64,000 bases of DNA, taken from contig NZ_JAODNI010000113.1 of NCBI RefSeq assembly GCF_025465255.1, positions 15 through 64,014 on the forward strand, written 5' to 3'. Numbering within the stretch: position 1 is the stretch's first letter; every line of letters starts with the position of its first letter. The stretch is from Pseudonocardia sp. (GTDB lineage: Bacteria > Actinomycetota > Actinomycetes > Mycobacteriales > Pseudonocardiaceae). Of this stretch, positions 27,444 through 40,700 are shown in pieces. The notes under the pieces are model-generated. The model worked only from the letters and a program-made list of their open reading frames with translations, searched no databases and was not told the origin of the DNA. The translations under genes were made by a program, and so were the position numbers.

Positions 27444-30400
27444 CTAGCTGAAGGCCTTGGCGATCAGCTCGCGCTGCTCGACCTCGTGCACCTTCGACGA
27501 CCCGGGGGCCGGCGCGGCCATCCGGCGACGCGAGATACGGGTCAGCCCCGACAGGCGCTCCGGCAGCTTCTCCGGGAGCTCGAGGCCCATGTGCGGCCAC
27601 GCGCCCTGGTTCGCCGGCTCCTCCTGGACCCAGCGGACCTGCTTCGCGTTCGGGTACCGCTCCAGCACCGCGGCGAGCTGCCGGTCCGGGACCGGGTAGA
27701 GCTGCTCGACGCGGACGATCGCGACGTTGTCGATGTCCTGCTTCTCCCGGTGCTGCGCGAGCTCCCAGTAGATCTTGCCGCTGCACAGCAGAACCTTCTG
27801 GATCGAGGTGGCGGGGCCGTCGTCGGTGCGGTAGCGCGGGTCGTCGATCACCGGGCGGAACCGGCCGCCGGTGAAGTCCGAGACGGGCGAGACGACCGCC
27901 TTGTTCCGCAGCATCGACTTCGGGGTGAAGACGACGAGCGGGCGGCGGACGCCGTCGAGGGCCTGCCGGCGCAGCAGGTGGAAGTAGTTCGCCGGCTCCG
28001 ACGGCAGCGCCACCGTCATCGAACCCTCGGCGCACAGCTGCAGGAAGCGCTCGATGCGCCCCGAGCTGTGGTCCGGGCCCTGGCCCTCGAGGCCGTGCGG
28101 CAGCAGCAGCACCACGTCCGACATCTGGCCCCACTTGGCCTCACCGGACGAGATGAACTCGTCGATGATCGACTGGGCGCCGTTGACGAAGTCCCCGAAC
28201 TGGGCCTCCCACAGCACCAGCGCGTTCGGGTTCGCCACCGAGTAGCCGTACTCGAAGCCGACCGCCGCGAACTCCGACAGCGCCGAGTCGTAGGCCATGA
28301 AACGGCCCTGGTCCTCGGCGAGGTTGCGCAGCGGGGTGTACTCCTCGCCGGTCTTGCGGTCGATGAGCACCGAGTGCCGCTGCACGAACGTGCCGCGCCG
28401 CGTGTCCTGCCCGGAGAGCCGGACCAGCTTGCCGTCCATGGCCAGCGAGCCGAACGCGAGCAGCTCGCCGAAGGCCCAGTCGATGTCGCCCTCGCGCGAC
28501 ATCTTCGCGCGCTTCTGCAGCACCGGCTTGACGCGCTGGTGGGGGGTGAAGCCCTCCGGCAGGTTGGCGTGCACGTCGCCGATGCGGTGCACGACCTCCA
28601 GCGTGACGGACGTGTCCAGGTCGCTCGGGACGAGCTGTTCCTGCTCCACCGACGACGAGACGGCGGGCGGGGTCTTCTCCAGCTCCCGGACCTCGTTGAA
28701 GACGTGCTCGAGCTGGTTGGAGAAGTCCTTGAGCGCGTGCTCGGCCTCCTCCATGGTGATGTCGCCACGGCCGATCAGCGACTCGGTGTAGATCTTGCGG
28801 ACGCTGCGCTTGGCGTCGATCACGTCGTACATCGCCGGCTGCGTCATCGAAGGGTCGTCACCCTCGTTGTGGCCGCGGCGGCGGTAACAGATCATGTCGA
28901 TCACGACGTCGTTGTTCCACCGCTCGCGGTACTCGACCGCCAGCTTGGCGACCCAGACGCAGGCCTCCGGGTCGTCGCCGTTCACGTGGAAGACCGGCGC
29001 GCCGATCATCTTCGCGACGTCCGTCGAGTACTGCGACGAGCGCGACGCCTCCGGGGCGGTGGTGAAGCCGACCTGGTTGTTGACGACGACGTGCACGGTG
29101 CCGCCCGTGCGGTAGCCGCGCAGCAGCGCGAGGTTCAGCGTCTCCGCCACCACGCCCTGCCCGGCGAACGCCGCGTCGCCGTGCATCATCAGCGGCAGCA
29201 CGGTGAACGCGCCGTCGCCCTTGTCCAGGATGTCCTGCTTGGCGCGGACGATGCCCTCGAGCACCGGGTCCACGGCCTCCAGATGCGACGGGTTGGACGC
29301 CAGAGAGACGACGACCTCGCCGTCGCCGAACATCCGGAAGTACTTGCCCTCGGCGCCCAGGTGGTACTTGACGTCGCCGGAGCCGTGCGCCTGACCCGGG
29401 TCCAGGTTGCCCTCGAACTCGCGGAAGATCTGGCTGATGGGCTTGCCGACGATGTTGGCGAGCACGTTGAGCCGGCCGCGGTGCGGCATGCCGATGACGA
29501 CCTCGTCGAGCTCGTACTCGGCGGCCTTGTCCAGCACGGCGTCCAGCAGCGGGATGACGGTCTCGCCGCCCTCGAGCGAGAACCGCTTCTGCCCGACGTA
29601 CTTGGTCTGCAGGAAGGTCTCGAACGCCTCGGCCGCGTTGAGCTTGCTGAGCACGTACTTCTGCTCGACGACCGAAGGCTTCTGGTGCGGGACCTCGATG
29701 CGCTCCTGCAGCCAGGCGCGCTGCTCGGGGTCCGCGATGTGCATGTACTCGGTGCCGACGGTGCGGCAGTAGGAGTCCCGGAGCAGACCCAGGACGTCCC
29801 GGAGCTTCATGTGCTTCTTGCCGCCGAAGCCGCCGACGGCGAACTCGCGGTCCAGGTCCCAGAGGGTGAGGCCGTGGCTGAGCACGTCCAGGTCCGGGTG
29901 CCGGCGCTGGCGGTAGTTCAGCGGGTCCGTGTCCGCCATCAGGTGCCCGCGGGTGCGGTAGGACTCGATCAGCTCGAGGATGCGCGCGGTCTTGTCGACC
30001 TCGCCCTCGGGGATGTCCTGCACCCAGCGGACGGGCTCGTAGGGGACCCGCAGCGACGTGAAGATCTCGTCGTAGAAGCCGTCCCCGCCGAGGAGCAGGT
30101 GGTGGATCCGGCGCAGGAAGTCACCGGACTCCGCGCCCTGGATGATCCGGTGGTCATAGGTCGACGTCAGCGTGATGATCTTGCTGATGCCGAGTGTCGC
30201 GAGCCGTTCCTCGCTGGCGCCCTGGAACTCGGCCGGGTACTCCATCGCCCCGACGCCGATGATCGTGCCCTGCCCCTGCATCAGCCGCGGCACCGAGTGG
30301 TTGGTGCCCAGCGTGCCCGGGTTGGTGAGGCTGATCGTGGTGCCGGCGAAGTCCTCCGCGGTCAGGTTCCCGCCGCGTGCCTTGTGCACGATGCCCTCGT

Positions 30401-31229
30401 AGGCCGACCAGAACTGCGCGAACGTCATGTTCTCGCAGCCCTTGATCGACACGACCACGAGCGAGCGCTGGCCGTTCCTGCCGGGCAGGTCGATGGCCAG
30501 GCCGAGGTTGACGTGCTCGGGCTGTACGACGGTCGGCTTGCCGTCCGTCTCGACGAAGTGCCGGTTCATCACCGGGAAGTCCGCCATCGCCTTCACCACG
30601 GCGTAGCCGATGAGGTGGGTGAAGGAGATCTTGCCGCCGCGGGTGCGCTGCAGCTGGTTGTTGATGACGATCCGGTTGTCCGCCAGCAGCTTGGCGGGCA
30701 CGGCGCGGACGCTCGTCGCGGTGGGGACCGCGAGGGAGGCGTTCATGTTCTTGACGACCGCGTTCGCGGCGCCGCGGAGCGGGGTCACCTCGCCGTCGCT
30801 GCCGATGGGCGCGGGCTTGGCGGCCTGGGAGGTGCTGCCGGCGGCGGGCTTCTGGGGGGCCTTCGGCGGGACGGGCTTCGTGGCGGCGGAACCGTTGGAG
30901 CCGGTCTTCTGTGGCACGGTGGAGCTGGCGGCGGCGGCGGACACGTCCTGCTTTCCGGTCGGGGTGGAGGTCTTCTCGGCGGTCTTCGGCGACGTGGTCG
31001 ACGCGTCCTGCTGCTCGGCGTCCTGCTCCTCGGCAGCCGGGGACTCGTCGTCGGCGTCGTCCGCTCCGATGTCGGAGAGGCCGCCGCCCGGCCGGTAGTC
31101 CGCGAAGAAGTCGTGCCACGCCGGGTCGACCCCGTTCGGGTCCTCGAGGAAGCGCTGGTACATCTCCTCGACGAGCCACTCGTTGGGACCGAACTGTTCC
31201 GTTGGGCTTGACGTACTGCTGGTGGACAC
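27444..31229 (-). CDS. kgd: multifunctional 2-oxoglutarate decarboxylase/dehydrogenase (E2-E1 fusion)
   Basis: [48 protein letters not shown]...[11 protein letters not shown]. Confidence 0.97.
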   Translation of the reverse strand: MSTSSTSSPTEQFGPNEWLVEEMYQRFLEDPNGVDPAWHDFFADYRPGGGLSDIGADDADDESPAAEEQDAEQQDASTTSPKTAEKTSTPTGKQDVSAAAASSTVPQKTGSNGSAATKPVPPKAPQKPAAGSTSQAAKPAPIGSDGEVTPLRGAANAVVKNMNASLAVPTATSVRAVPAKLLADNRIVINNQLQRTRGGKISFTHLIGYAVVKAMADFPVMNRHFVETDGKPTVVQPEHVNLGLAIDLPGRNGQRSLVVVSIKGCENMTFAQFWSAYEGIVHKARGGNLTAEDFAGTTISLTNPGTLGTNHSVPRLMQGQGTIIGVGAMEYPAEFQGASEERLATLGISKIITLTSTYDHRIIQGAESGDFLRRIHHLLLGGDGFYDEIFTSLRVPYEPVRWVQDIPEGEVDKTARILELIESYRTRGHLMADTDPLNYRQRRHPDLDVLSHGLTLWDLDREFAVGGFGGKKHMKLRDVLGLLRDSYCRTVGTEYMHIADPEQRAWLQERIEVPHQKPSVVEQKYVLSKLNAAEAFETFLQTKYVGQKRFSLEGGETVIPLLDAVLDKAAEYELDEVVIGMPHRGRLNVLANIVGKPISQIFREFEGNLDPGQAHGSGDVKYHLGAEGKYFRMFGDGEVVVSLASNPSHLEAVDPVLEGIVRAKQDILDKGDGAFTVLPLMMHGDAAFAGQGVVAETLNLALLRGYRTGGTVHVVVNNQVGFTTAPEASRSSQYSTDVAKMIGAPVFHVNGDDPEACVWVAKLAVEYRERWNNDVVIDMICYRRRGHNEGDDPSMTQPAMYDVIDAKRSVRKIYTESLIGRGDITMEEAEHALKDFSNQLEHVFNEVRELEKTPPAVSSSVEQEQLVPSDLDTSVTLEVVHRIGDVHANLPEGFTPHQRVKPVLQKRAKMSREGDIDWAFGELLAFGSLAMDGKLVRLSGQDTRRGTFVQRHSVLIDRKTGEEYTPLRNLAEDQGRFMAYDSALSEFAAVGFEYGYSVANPNALVLWEAQFGDFVNGAQSIIDEFISSGEAKWGQMSDVVLLLPHGLEGQGPDHSSGRIERFLQLCAEGSMTVALPSEPANYFHLLRRQALDGVRRPLVVFTPKSMLRNKAVVSPVSDFTGGRFRPVIDDPRYRTDDGPATSIQKVLLCSGKIYWELAQHREKQDIDNVAIVRVEQLYPVPDRQLAAVLERYPNAKQVRWVQEEPANQGAWPHMGLELPEKLPERLSGLTRISRRRMAAPAPGSSKVHEVEQRELIAKAFS

Positions 31230-31364
31230 GCTGTCAACCGCCTTGGTTCCGCTAATGTGTCGGGTCGCCGACGACCGGGGACCAGGGTAGTCCCCGCACC
31301 GGATCACGGGGTACCGCGCCAGGGGGATCACACAAACCTGGTGGGGGCACCGACGCACGCCGAG

Positions 31365-32210
31365 TCAGAAGACGGGCAGCGCGCCGATACCCGGTACGAC
31401 CGCGGTCCGGACCGCCGTCTCGGCGATCACGGTGCCCACCGTCAGCCCGCAGGAGGAGTCCCGGCGCAGGGTGTCCCGCTCGCCGGCGTACTGCCCGTCG
31501 ACGGGATCGACCAGGAGCTCGGTGCGGGTGGGCCCGTCGTCGTGCACGAGGGCGGCGCACAGGTTGCCGTCGAGGTCCTTCACCTCGTCGACGACCGTCA
31601 CCGCCGGCAGCAGCAGCAGCGCGGCGAAGAGGGCCTCGCGCAGGTCCGCCGGCACGGTGCAGGTGCGCAGCGTGTCCACCGCCGCCCGGAACGGGCCGGT
31701 GTAGGTGCGCTGCGGCACGTCCTCGCGCAGGCGGGCGATCAGCCCGTCCGGGTCCCGCGGCAGCAGCGCGAGGAACTCGGGGGTGGGCGCCGCCCAGCCG
31801 CCGGTCGGACGGCGCGGCGAGGTCTCGTTGAGCTCGGCGTAGAAGTCCCCGTAGGGCGCCCGGAACCGGCCGCTGGGCCAGTGGTCGTTCAGGTCGAACC
31901 CCTCGGAGACGGCATCGTCCCCGGAGCCGGCGAGCCAGGTGACGCGGCCGGTGAGCTCGCGGTCGAGCAGCCAGTCCGCGTCCCGGTCCACCGGCGTCCA
32001 CTGCTGGATCAGGTGCTCCGAGAGATGGACGTGGATCGTCTCCGCGGTGGCGAACGTACCCATCCACCACGCGTGGGTAGCGATGTACCGGTACTGCTCC
32101 GCTGTGAGCGGCTCGTCTGCGGTACGGACGAACGGGACGGGCACCAGGTTGCTCCCGCGGGTCGGTGAACGGGACGGGTCGGCCCACACATTGTGGAACG
32201 GGCCCGACAC
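31365..32210 (-). CDS. CU044_5270-like protein lacking an obvious TM anchor
   Basis: QYRYIATHAWW...PTPEFLALLPRDP...VPADLREALFAAL...DLDG...ELLVDP; start uncertain. Confidence 0.6.
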   Translation of the reverse strand: MSGPFHNVWADPSRSPTRGSNLVPVPFVRTADEPLTAEQYRYIATHAWWMGTFATAETIHVHLSEHLIQQWTPVDRDADWLLDRELTGRVTWLAGSGDDAVSEGFDLNDHWPSGRFRAPYGDFYAELNETSPRRPTGGWAAPTPEFLALLPRDPDGLIARLREDVPQRTYTGPFRAAVDTLRTCTVPADLREALFAALLLLPAVTVVDEVKDLDGNLCAALVHDDGPTRTELLVDPVDGQYAGERDTLRRDSSCGLTVGTVIAETAVRTAVVPGIGALPVF

Positions 32211-32262
32211 GGCCCGTCACACCACCCCCACCCCGCGAATCACCCGCGGGGGTGCCCACCTC

Positions 32263-33294
<1,032 letters not shown>

Positions 33295-33329
33295 CCGACG
33301 GAGGTTACCGGCGAGTCAACGTGAGCGCC

Positions 33330-34886
33330 CTACACGACGGTCCGCTCCCGGCCCGCCCAGTAGGGTGCCCGGAGGTCCTTCTTGAGGATCTTGCCCGTGG
33401 GGTTGCGGGGGAGCTCGTCCACCATCTCGACGCTCGCGGGGCACTTGAACGACGCGAGCTGTGCGCGGCAGTACGCGAGGATCTCCTCCTGGTCCACCCG
33501 CGCGCCCGCCGCCGCGACGACGATCGCCTTCGGCACCTCGCCCCACCGCTCGTCCGGCACGCCGATCACCGCGACGTCCGCGACGGCCGGGTGCTCGGCC
33601 AGAACCCGCTCGATCTCCGCGGGGTAGATGTTCTCGCCGCCGCTGATGATCATGTCCTTGATCCGGTCGGTCACGTAGACGTAGCCGTCGGCGTCGACGT
33701 GCCCGCCGTCGCCGGACCGCAGCCAGCCGTCCGGGGCGACGGCGGCCGCGGTCGCCTCGGGCCTGCGCCAGTAGCCGCTCATCAGCTGCGGGGTCCGGAC
33801 CCAGATCTCGCCGGGCTCGCCGGTCGGGACCGGCTCCCCGGTCGCGGGGTCCCGGATCTCGATCTCGACGCCGTGGATGGGCGTCCCGGCCGACACCAGC
33901 CGGTGCGCGGCGGCCGGGTCCTCGTGGTCGGCGGTCGGCAGCGTGCTCACCACGCCGCACGCCTCCGTCATCCCGTAGACCTGCGCGAGGGTGCCGGGGA
34001 ACAGGGCGAGGCTCGCCCGCATCACCGGCAGCGGCATCGGCGACGCACCGTAGGAGAGGACCTCCAGGGCCGAGTAGTCCCGGTCCGCCGCGCCGGGCAC
34101 CTGGGCCATCGCCGCCATCAGCGCGGGGACGAGGAACGTGTGCGTGATCCGCTCCCGCTCGAGCACCTCCAGCACGGCGGCGGGGTCCGGGACGCGCTGC
34201 AGCACGATCCGCGCGCCGTGGGTGAGCGCGACCAGCGCGTAGCTCGTGCCGCCGACGTGGAACAGCGGCATCGCGACCTGCACCGACGCGTCGGCGGTCA
34301 TCCCGAACTCCGCCGCGCTGTTGCGGGCGTGCTCGAGCAGGCCGCGGTGGGTCAGCATCGCGCCCTTGGGGAAGCCGGTGGTGCCCGAGGTGTAGAGCTG
34401 CACGACGCACTCGTCCGGCGCCGCGGGGTGCAGGTCCGGGTCCGGCTCGTGGGAGCTCAGCCAGGCCTCGAACTCGTCGTCCCCGCCGCCGACCCGCACG
34501 ACCCGCTCGACCGCCGTCAGCTTCTCCCGCACCTGCTCCACCGCCGGCGCGAACTCGGGCCCGACGAAGAGCAGCCGGGCCGCGGCGTCGTCGATCACGT
34601 GGACGATCTCGGGCGGCGCCAGCCGGAAGTTGACGACGGCGTTGGCGGCGCCGATCCGCGCGCACGCGAGCGTCAGCTCGATACAGGACGGATGGTTGAG
34701 GTCCAGCACCGCGACCCGGTCCCCGGGACCGATCCCCGCGGCCCGCAGCGCGCCCGCGAGGCGGCGCACCCGCTCGTCGAGCTCCGTCCAGGTCCGGGTG
34801 AGGTCGCCGAACCGCAGGACCTCGGCGTCGGGCCGCGCGGCCGTCCAGTGGGGGAGCAGGTCGGAGATCAGCGACACGTCGGTCAT
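33330..34886 (-). CDS. long-chain fatty acid--CoA ligase
   Basis: YTSGTTGFPKG, YGMTE, WLRSGD, DRIKDMIISGGENIYP, TGKILK. Confidence 0.93.
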   Translation of the reverse strand: MTDVSLISDLLPHWTAARPDAEVLRFGDLTRTWTELDERVRRLAGALRAAGIGPGDRVAVLDLNHPSCIELTLACARIGAANAVVNFRLAPPEIVHVIDDAAARLLFVGPEFAPAVEQVREKLTAVERVVRVGGGDDEFEAWLSSHEPDPDLHPAAPDECVVQLYTSGTTGFPKGAMLTHRGLLEHARNSAAEFGMTADASVQVAMPLFHVGGTSYALVALTHGARIVLQRVPDPAAVLEVLERERITHTFLVPALMAAMAQVPGAADRDYSALEVLSYGASPMPLPVMRASLALFPGTLAQVYGMTEACGVVSTLPTADHEDPAAAHRLVSAGTPIHGVEIEIRDPATGEPVPTGEPGEIWVRTPQLMSGYWRRPEATAAAVAPDGWLRSGDGGHVDADGYVYVTDRIKDMIISGGENIYPAEIERVLAEHPAVADVAVIGVPDERWGEVPKAIVVAAAGARVDQEEILAYCRAQLASFKCPASVEMVDELPRNPTGKILKKDLRAPYWAGRERTVV

Positions 34887-35054
34887 GGAGGACTCCTCGA
34901 CGGCGGGGTGTGGTCGGGGCCACACGACTCGGCGGATCGTAGCGTCCGGCGCAGTCCTCGGAACGGGACGAATCCGGCGAGCCGGCCGCCCGGATGCGCC
35001 GACGGGCGCGGCGGTGGGCAGGATGGAGCCGCATCGACGATCGGGGGGCGACGC

Positions 35055-35963
35055 GTGCAGGACCACTCCGGGCGGATCGCCGTCGACGGCCTGAGCAAGC
35101 GGTTCGGCACCGTCGAGGCGGTCCGCGACCTCGGGTTCACCGTCGAGCCGGGACTGGTCACCGGGTTCCTCGGACCCAACGGCTCCGGCAAGACCACGAC
35201 CCTGCGGATGATCCTCGGGCTGGTCGTGCCGACGTCCGGCACCGCGCTCGTCGAGGGCGTCCCCTTCGAGACCCTCGGCTCGCCCGGCCGCGTCCTCGGC
35301 GCCGTGCTCGAGGCGCAGGGCTTCCACCCCTCCCGCACCGCGCGCCGCCATCTGCTGGTGTGCGCGGCCGCGATCGGGGTGCCGGACCGGCGCGTCGACG
35401 AGGTGCTCGGCCTGGTCGGGCTCGCCGTGGACGCCGACCGCGGGGTCGGCGGCTACTCCCTCGGCATGAAGCAGCGCCTCGCGCTCGCGACCGCGCTGCT
35501 CGGCGACCCCCGGATCCTCGTCCTCGACGAGCCGGGCAACGGCCTGGACCCGGCCGGCATCGCCTGGCTGCGGGACTTCCTGCGCGGGTTCGCCCGCAGC
35601 GGCCGCAGCGTGCTCGTGTCCAGCCACCAGCTCGCCGAGATCGGGCAGAGCGCGGACCGGGTCGTGGTGATCCACCGCGGCGCGTGCGTCTACCAGGGCG
35701 AGCTGGCGGGGCTCGGCGGCGGTCGCCGGGGGCGGGTGCTCGTGCGCTGCGCGGAGCCGGTGACGCTCGCGCAGGCGCTGGTCGCGAAGGGACTGATGGA
35801 GGTGGACACGCTGCCGGACGGACGGCTCGCGGTGGGGGGCGCCGACGCGGTGCTGGTCGGGGACACGGCGCTGGCGGCGGGGGTCGCGGTGTACGGGTTG
35901 GTGGAGGAGCAGGTGGATCTGGAACAGCTGTTCCTGCAGCTCACCGGGGGTGTCGCCGGATGA
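35055..35963 (+). CDS. ABC-2 type transporter ATP-binding protein
   Basis: GPNGSGKTT, YSLGMKQRL, LDEPGNGLDP. Confidence 0.9.
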   Translation: MQDHSGRIAVDGLSKRFGTVEAVRDLGFTVEPGLVTGFLGPNGSGKTTTLRMILGLVVPTSGTALVEGVPFETLGSPGRVLGAVLEAQGFHPSRTARRHLLVCAAAIGVPDRRVDEVLGLVGLAVDADRGVGGYSLGMKQRLALATALLGDPRILVLDEPGNGLDPAGIAWLRDFLRGFARSGRSVLVSSHQLAEIGQSADRVVVIHRGACVYQGELAGLGGGRRGRVLVRCAEPVTLAQALVAKGLMEVDTLPDGRLAVGGADAVLVGDTALAAGVAVYGLVEEQVDLEQLFLQLTGGVAG

Positions 35964-36814
35964 TCGCGCCGACCGCGTCCCGGATGCTGCGGGCCGAGCT
36001 CCGGCGGACGACCTCGGTCCGCATGTGGTGGGCGCTGCTGATCCCGGTCGTCCTGCTGGCGCTGTCGATCAACGTGTTCGGCGGCGTCTTCAGCTCGTCG
36101 CTCTCGGGGCTCGGCGGGGAGACGCCCGGGGTCCTGCTCGCGTCGCTGGCCTACTCCCTCTCGCTCGGCAGCGTGTTCGCCGCCGTGCACGGCGCGGTGC
36201 AGGCGTCGGGGGAGTTCCGGCACCGGACGATCACCACCACGTACCTCACCGGCGGGCGCGTCCCCGTGCTGCTGGCCCGCTGCGCGGTCGGCGCGGCCGT
36301 CGGCGCCGTCTACGCGCTGGGGACCCTCGCGTTCGGGCTGGTGGCGGGCCTGTTCGGGCAGGGCAGCGCGACGTTCCCGTCGCCCGGGCCGCTGTTCGGG
36401 CTGATCGGCTCCGGGATCGCCGTCTGCGCCCTGTGGGCCGTGCTCGGGGTGGCCGTCGGGACGCTCGTGACGAACCAGGCCGGCGCGGTCGTGCTGCTGC
36501 TCGTCTACGTCCTGGCGATCGAGAACGTGCTGTCGCTGATCCTGAGGTCGGGCGCGGACGCCGGCCTCGGCACCGGCCCGCCGGCGATCGCCCGGATCAC
36601 CTCCTACCTGCCCGGGAACGCCGCGGACGTCGCGCTCTACGACATCCCGGCCGTCGAGCTCGCGGGCCCGCGCTACGGCAACCAGGCCGTCGAGAGCCTG
36701 GCGGGGGTGGCGTCGCCGCCGCCCGGCTGGGCGTGCCTGATCGTCCTCGCGCTCTGGGCGGGGGCGGGCGTCGCGGCGGCCTGGGTGGTGGGGGCCCGCC
36801 GCGACGTCACCTGA
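35960..36814 (+). CDS. ABC-2 type transporter permease
   Basis: GEFRHRTITTTYL, several TM segments, C-terminal RRDVT; ATGA overlap. Confidence 0.88.
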   Translation: MIAPTASRMLRAELRRTTSVRMWWALLIPVVLLALSINVFGGVFSSSLSGLGGETPGVLLASLAYSLSLGSVFAAVHGAVQASGEFRHRTITTTYLTGGRVPVLLARCAVGAAVGAVYALGTLAFGLVAGLFGQGSATFPSPGPLFGLIGSGIAVCALWAVLGVAVGTLVTNQAGAVVLLLVYVLAIENVLSLILRSGADAGLGTGPPAIARITSYLPGNAADVALYDIPAVELAGPRYGNQAVESLAGVASPPPGWACLIVLALWAGAGVAAAWVVGARRDVT

Positions 36815-36833
36815 GCCCTCCTGCGGCGGAGTC

Positions 36834-37667
36834 TCAGACGCCGGTGTTCATCGTGTCCGGGTCCGGGCCGATGCGGCCGCCGTTGTCCAGGGCGTCGATC
36901 ACGGCGAGGTCGTCGGCGTCGAGCTCGAAGCCGAGGACGTCGAAGTTCTCGGCGATCCGCGACGGCGTCACGGACTTCGGGATGACGACGTTGCCGAGCT
37001 GCAGGTGCCAGCGCAGGATCACCTGCGCCGGGGTCCTCCCGTGCTTCGCCGCGAGCTTCGCGACCACCGGGTCCTCCAGCAGGCCGCCGCGGGCGAGCGG
37101 GCTCCACGCCTCGGTGGCGATGCCGTGCTCGGCGTGGAAGGCGCGCAGCTCGGCCTGCGGCAGGTTCGGGTGCAGCTCGATCTGGTTGATCGCGGGCGTC
37201 ACCCCGGTCTCGTCGAGGAGCCGCTGCAGGTGCGGCACTCCGAAGTTGGAGACGCCGACCGCGCGGGCCCGTCCCGAGGCGTGGATCTCCTGCAACGCGC
37301 GCCAGCTGTCGACGTAGCGGTCCGCACCGGGCGCGGGCCAGTGGATCAGGTAGAGGTCGACGTGGTCGAGCCCGAGCCGCTCGAGGCTCGCGTCGAACGC
37401 CTTGAGGGCGGCGTCCCGGCCCTGGTCGGAGTTCCAGAGCTTGGTGGCGATGAAGAGGTCGTCGCGCGCGATGCCGGACCTCGCGATCGCGGTGCCGACC
37501 TCGCCCTCGTTCTCGTAGATCCGGGCGGTGTCGACGTGCCGGTAGCCGGTCTCCAGCGCGGTGCTCACCGACGCCTCGGTCTCGCCCGGCGGCACGAGGA
37601 AGACGCCGAAGCCGAGCTGCGGGATCTCGACCCCGCCGGACAGGGTGACGGTGGGAATGTTGCTCAT
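36834..37667 (-). CDS. aldo/keto reductase (DkgA-like)
   Basis: GYRHVDTARIYENE...TKLWN...DLYLIHWP...NQIELHP...IPKS. Confidence 0.93.
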   Translation of the reverse strand: MSNIPTVTLSGGVEIPQLGFGVFLVPPGETEASVSTALETGYRHVDTARIYENEGEVGTAIARSGIARDDLFIATKLWNSDQGRDAALKAFDASLERLGLDHVDLYLIHWPAPGADRYVDSWRALQEIHASGRARAVGVSNFGVPHLQRLLDETGVTPAINQIELHPNLPQAELRAFHAEHGIATEAWSPLARGGLLEDPVVAKLAAKHGRTPAQVILRWHLQLGNVVIPKSVTPSRIAENFDVLGFELDADDLAVIDALDNGGRIGPDPDTMNTGV

Positions 37668-37767
37668 GATCCGCCCAACCGGCGCTCCGGCGCCCGGCTT
37701 CCCGCCGGTGGCCGGGCTCACCACGGCCGGCCGGAGAGTGTCGGCGGCCGGGCATAACCTTCACAGC

Positions 37768-40700
37768 GTGTCCTCGCTCCCCTCATCTCCAGAACAGTCG
37801 AGGCGGGCGGGCTGGATCCGACGGCTGACCCGCGCCTGCTTCGCCCACCGCGGCGTCACCGTCGGCGCGCTGCTGGCGTCGGTGTTCGGCGTCAGCCTGG
37901 ACGCCCTCGGCCCGCTGCTCACCCGCGTCGCGGTCGACGACGCGGTCCGCGGCGTCACCGACGTGCTGCTCCCGATCGTGCTGGCGATCCTCGGGCTGGC
38001 CGTCGTCCGCTTCGCCGCGTCCTTCGCCCGCCGCTACCTCGCCGGCCGGATGGCGCTGGACGTCCAGCACGACCTCCGCCGCCAGGTGTTCGCCTCCGTG
38101 CAGCGCCTGGACGGGGAGAAGCAGGACGCGCTGCGCACCGGCCAGGTCGTCTCGCGCTCGATCACGGACCTGCAGCTCGTCCAGTCGCTGCTGTCGATGG
38201 TCCCGCTGACGGCGGGCACGATCGCGCTCGTCGTCGCGTCGGTGGCGGCGATGCTCTACCTGTCGCCGCTGCTCACGGTCATCTCGCTGATCATGCTGCC
38301 GCTCGCCGCGTACATCACCCAGCGCACCCGGCGCTCGCTGTTCCCGGCCACCTGGTCGGCGCAGCAGCGGGCCGCGGACGTCGCGCAGCAGGTGGAGGAG
38401 ACGGTCACCGGCGTCCGCGTCGTCAAGGGGTTCGGGCAGGAGTCCCGCGAGGTCGGAACCCTGGAGGGGCTGGCCCGGAAGCTGTTCGCGGAGCGGATGC
38501 GCGCGGCCCGGATGACCGCCCGGCTCAACCCGATGCTGCTGGCGCTGCCGAGCCTCGGGCAGGTCGCGGTGATCGGCTTCGGCGGCTGGATGGCGTTGAA
38601 CGGCTCGATCTCCCTCGGCACGTTCCTGGCCTTCACCACCTACGTCGCGCAGCTCGTCGGGCCGGCCCGGCTGGTCGGCTCGCTCGTCGTCAGCGCGCAG
38701 CTGGCGCGGGCCGGTGTCGAGCGGGTGTACGACCTGGTGGACTCGATGCCCGAGGTGACCGACCCGGAGCGGCCGGCGGCCCTGCCGGACGGGCCGCTGT
38801 CCGTCGAGCTCGACGCGGTGCGGTTCGGCTACACGAGCCGCGAACCGGTGCTCGACGACGTGTCCCTGCGGGTGGAGCCCGGCGAGACGCTCGCGCTGGT
38901 CGGCACCGCGGGCTCGGGCAAGTCGACGGTCGCCCTGTTGCTTCCCCGCTTCTACGACCCGCAGTCGGGCGCGCTCCGGCTCGGCGGCGTGGACCTGCGG
39001 GACCTGCGGTTGCGGGACCTGCGCCAGGAGCTCGGCGTCGTCTTCGAGGAGGCCTTCCTCTTCTCGGACACGATCCGGGCGAACATCGCGTACGGCCGGC
39101 CGGACGCGAGCGACGAGGAGATCCGGTCCGCCGCCGAGGCCGCGCAGATCGGCCTGTTCGTCGAGTCCCTGCCGAAGGGCTACGACACCGAGGTCGGCGA
39201 GCGCGGGCTCACCCTCTCCGGCGGGCAGCGGCAGCGGATCGCGCTGGCCAGGGCGATGCTCACGGACCCCCGCGTCCTCGTGCTGGACGACGCGACGTCC
39301 GCGGTGGACACCACCACCGAGGCCGCCATCCACGCCACCCTGCGCACGCTCATGCAAGGCCGCACCACGTTGCTGGTCGCGCACCGGCGCTCCACGCTCG
39401 CGCTCGCGGACCGGGTGGCCGTGCTGGACGAGGGTCGCGTCGTCGACGTCGGGACGGAGGCGGAGCTGCGGGCCCGCAGCCCGCTGTTCCGGGAGCTCCT
39501 CGCGGCGAGCACCGCCGAGGACGACGCGGGACGCGTCGCGCCCGTGGAGCCGGAGGTGCAGGTCGACGGCGTCACCGCGTCGTTGTGGCCGGACCCGGGG
39601 ACGGTCCGGGTCACCGGCTCGGACACTGCGCTGCGGTCCGCGGCCGCGGACGCGGGGCACGGCGGGGGCGGCGGTCCGGCGGGCCGCGGCGGCGGGGCGA
39701 CGGCCATGGTCGGCGGCATCGCCGCCACCCCGGAACTGCTCGCCGCCGTCGACGCGCTGCCTCCCGCCACCGAGGATCCCCGCCTCGGCGGGGAGGACCC
39801 GGCCGCGCCCGACCCGACGTTCCGGCTGGTCAAGCTGCTGCGGCCGGTCCGCTGGCTGCTCGCGGCCGGGATGGCGTTCGTGGCCCTCGACGCACTGGCC
39901 ACGCTGGCGCTGCCCAGCATCGCCCGGTACGCGGTGGACGGCGGCATCACCGCCGGGTCCGGCCGGGTGCTGGCGATCGCGGCGCTGATCGGCATCGGCG
40001 TGGTCGCGGCGGACGCGTTCGTCGTCGCCGCGCAGACGGTCACCACGTCCCGGGCCGGGGAGAGCCTGCTCTACCTGCTGCGGGTTCGCAGCTACGCCCA
40101 CCTGCAGAGGCTCGGGCTGGACTACTACGAGCGCGAGCTCTCCGGCCGGATCATGACCCGGATGACCACGGACGTGGACGCGCTGTCCACGTTCCTGCAG
40201 ACCGGGCTCGCGCAGGCCGTCGTCAGCCTCCTCACGGTCGGCGGGGTCGCGGTCGCGCTGCTGGTCACGGACCTCGCGCTCGGCCTGGTGGCGCTGGCCG
40301 TGGTCCCGATCCTGGTCGTGGCGACGGTCGTGTTCCGCCGGGTGTCCTCGCGGGCCTACACCGAGGCCCGGGAGAAGGTCAGCGTGGTCAATGCGGACAT
40401 GCAGGAGAACGTCTCCGGCGTGCGCGTCGCCCAGGCCTACGTCCGCGAGGAGCGCAGCGCCGAGGCGTTCTCCGAGCGCAGCGACGCCTACCGCCGCTCC
40501 CGGATGCGCGCGCAGCGCTACATCGCCACGTACTTCCCGGGGGTCGCGTTCATGTCGGACATCGCGCAGGCCGCGGTGCTCGGCGTCGGGGCCGCGCGGG
40601 TCGCCTCGGGCGGGCTCACCCCGGGGATCCTGACGGCGTTCCTGCTCTACCTGGGCCTGTTCTTCACCCCCGTGCAGCAGCTCTCCCAGGTCTTCGACGG

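Noticed and set aside
30780..31100. Low-complexity Ala/Ser/Thr/Pro/Lys stretch in kgd as an insertion
   Set aside because: It corresponds to the normal variable linker after the N-terminal helix of actinobacterial Kgd/OdhA.
27486..31211. Very long antisense or alternative-frame ORFs (27486-31211 +, 37783-41787 -, 13662-16997 -, 23753-26728 - and others)
   Set aside because: They shadow well-supported genes; stop codons are scarce in high-GC DNA and the translations are Arg/Gly/Pro-rich with no motifs.
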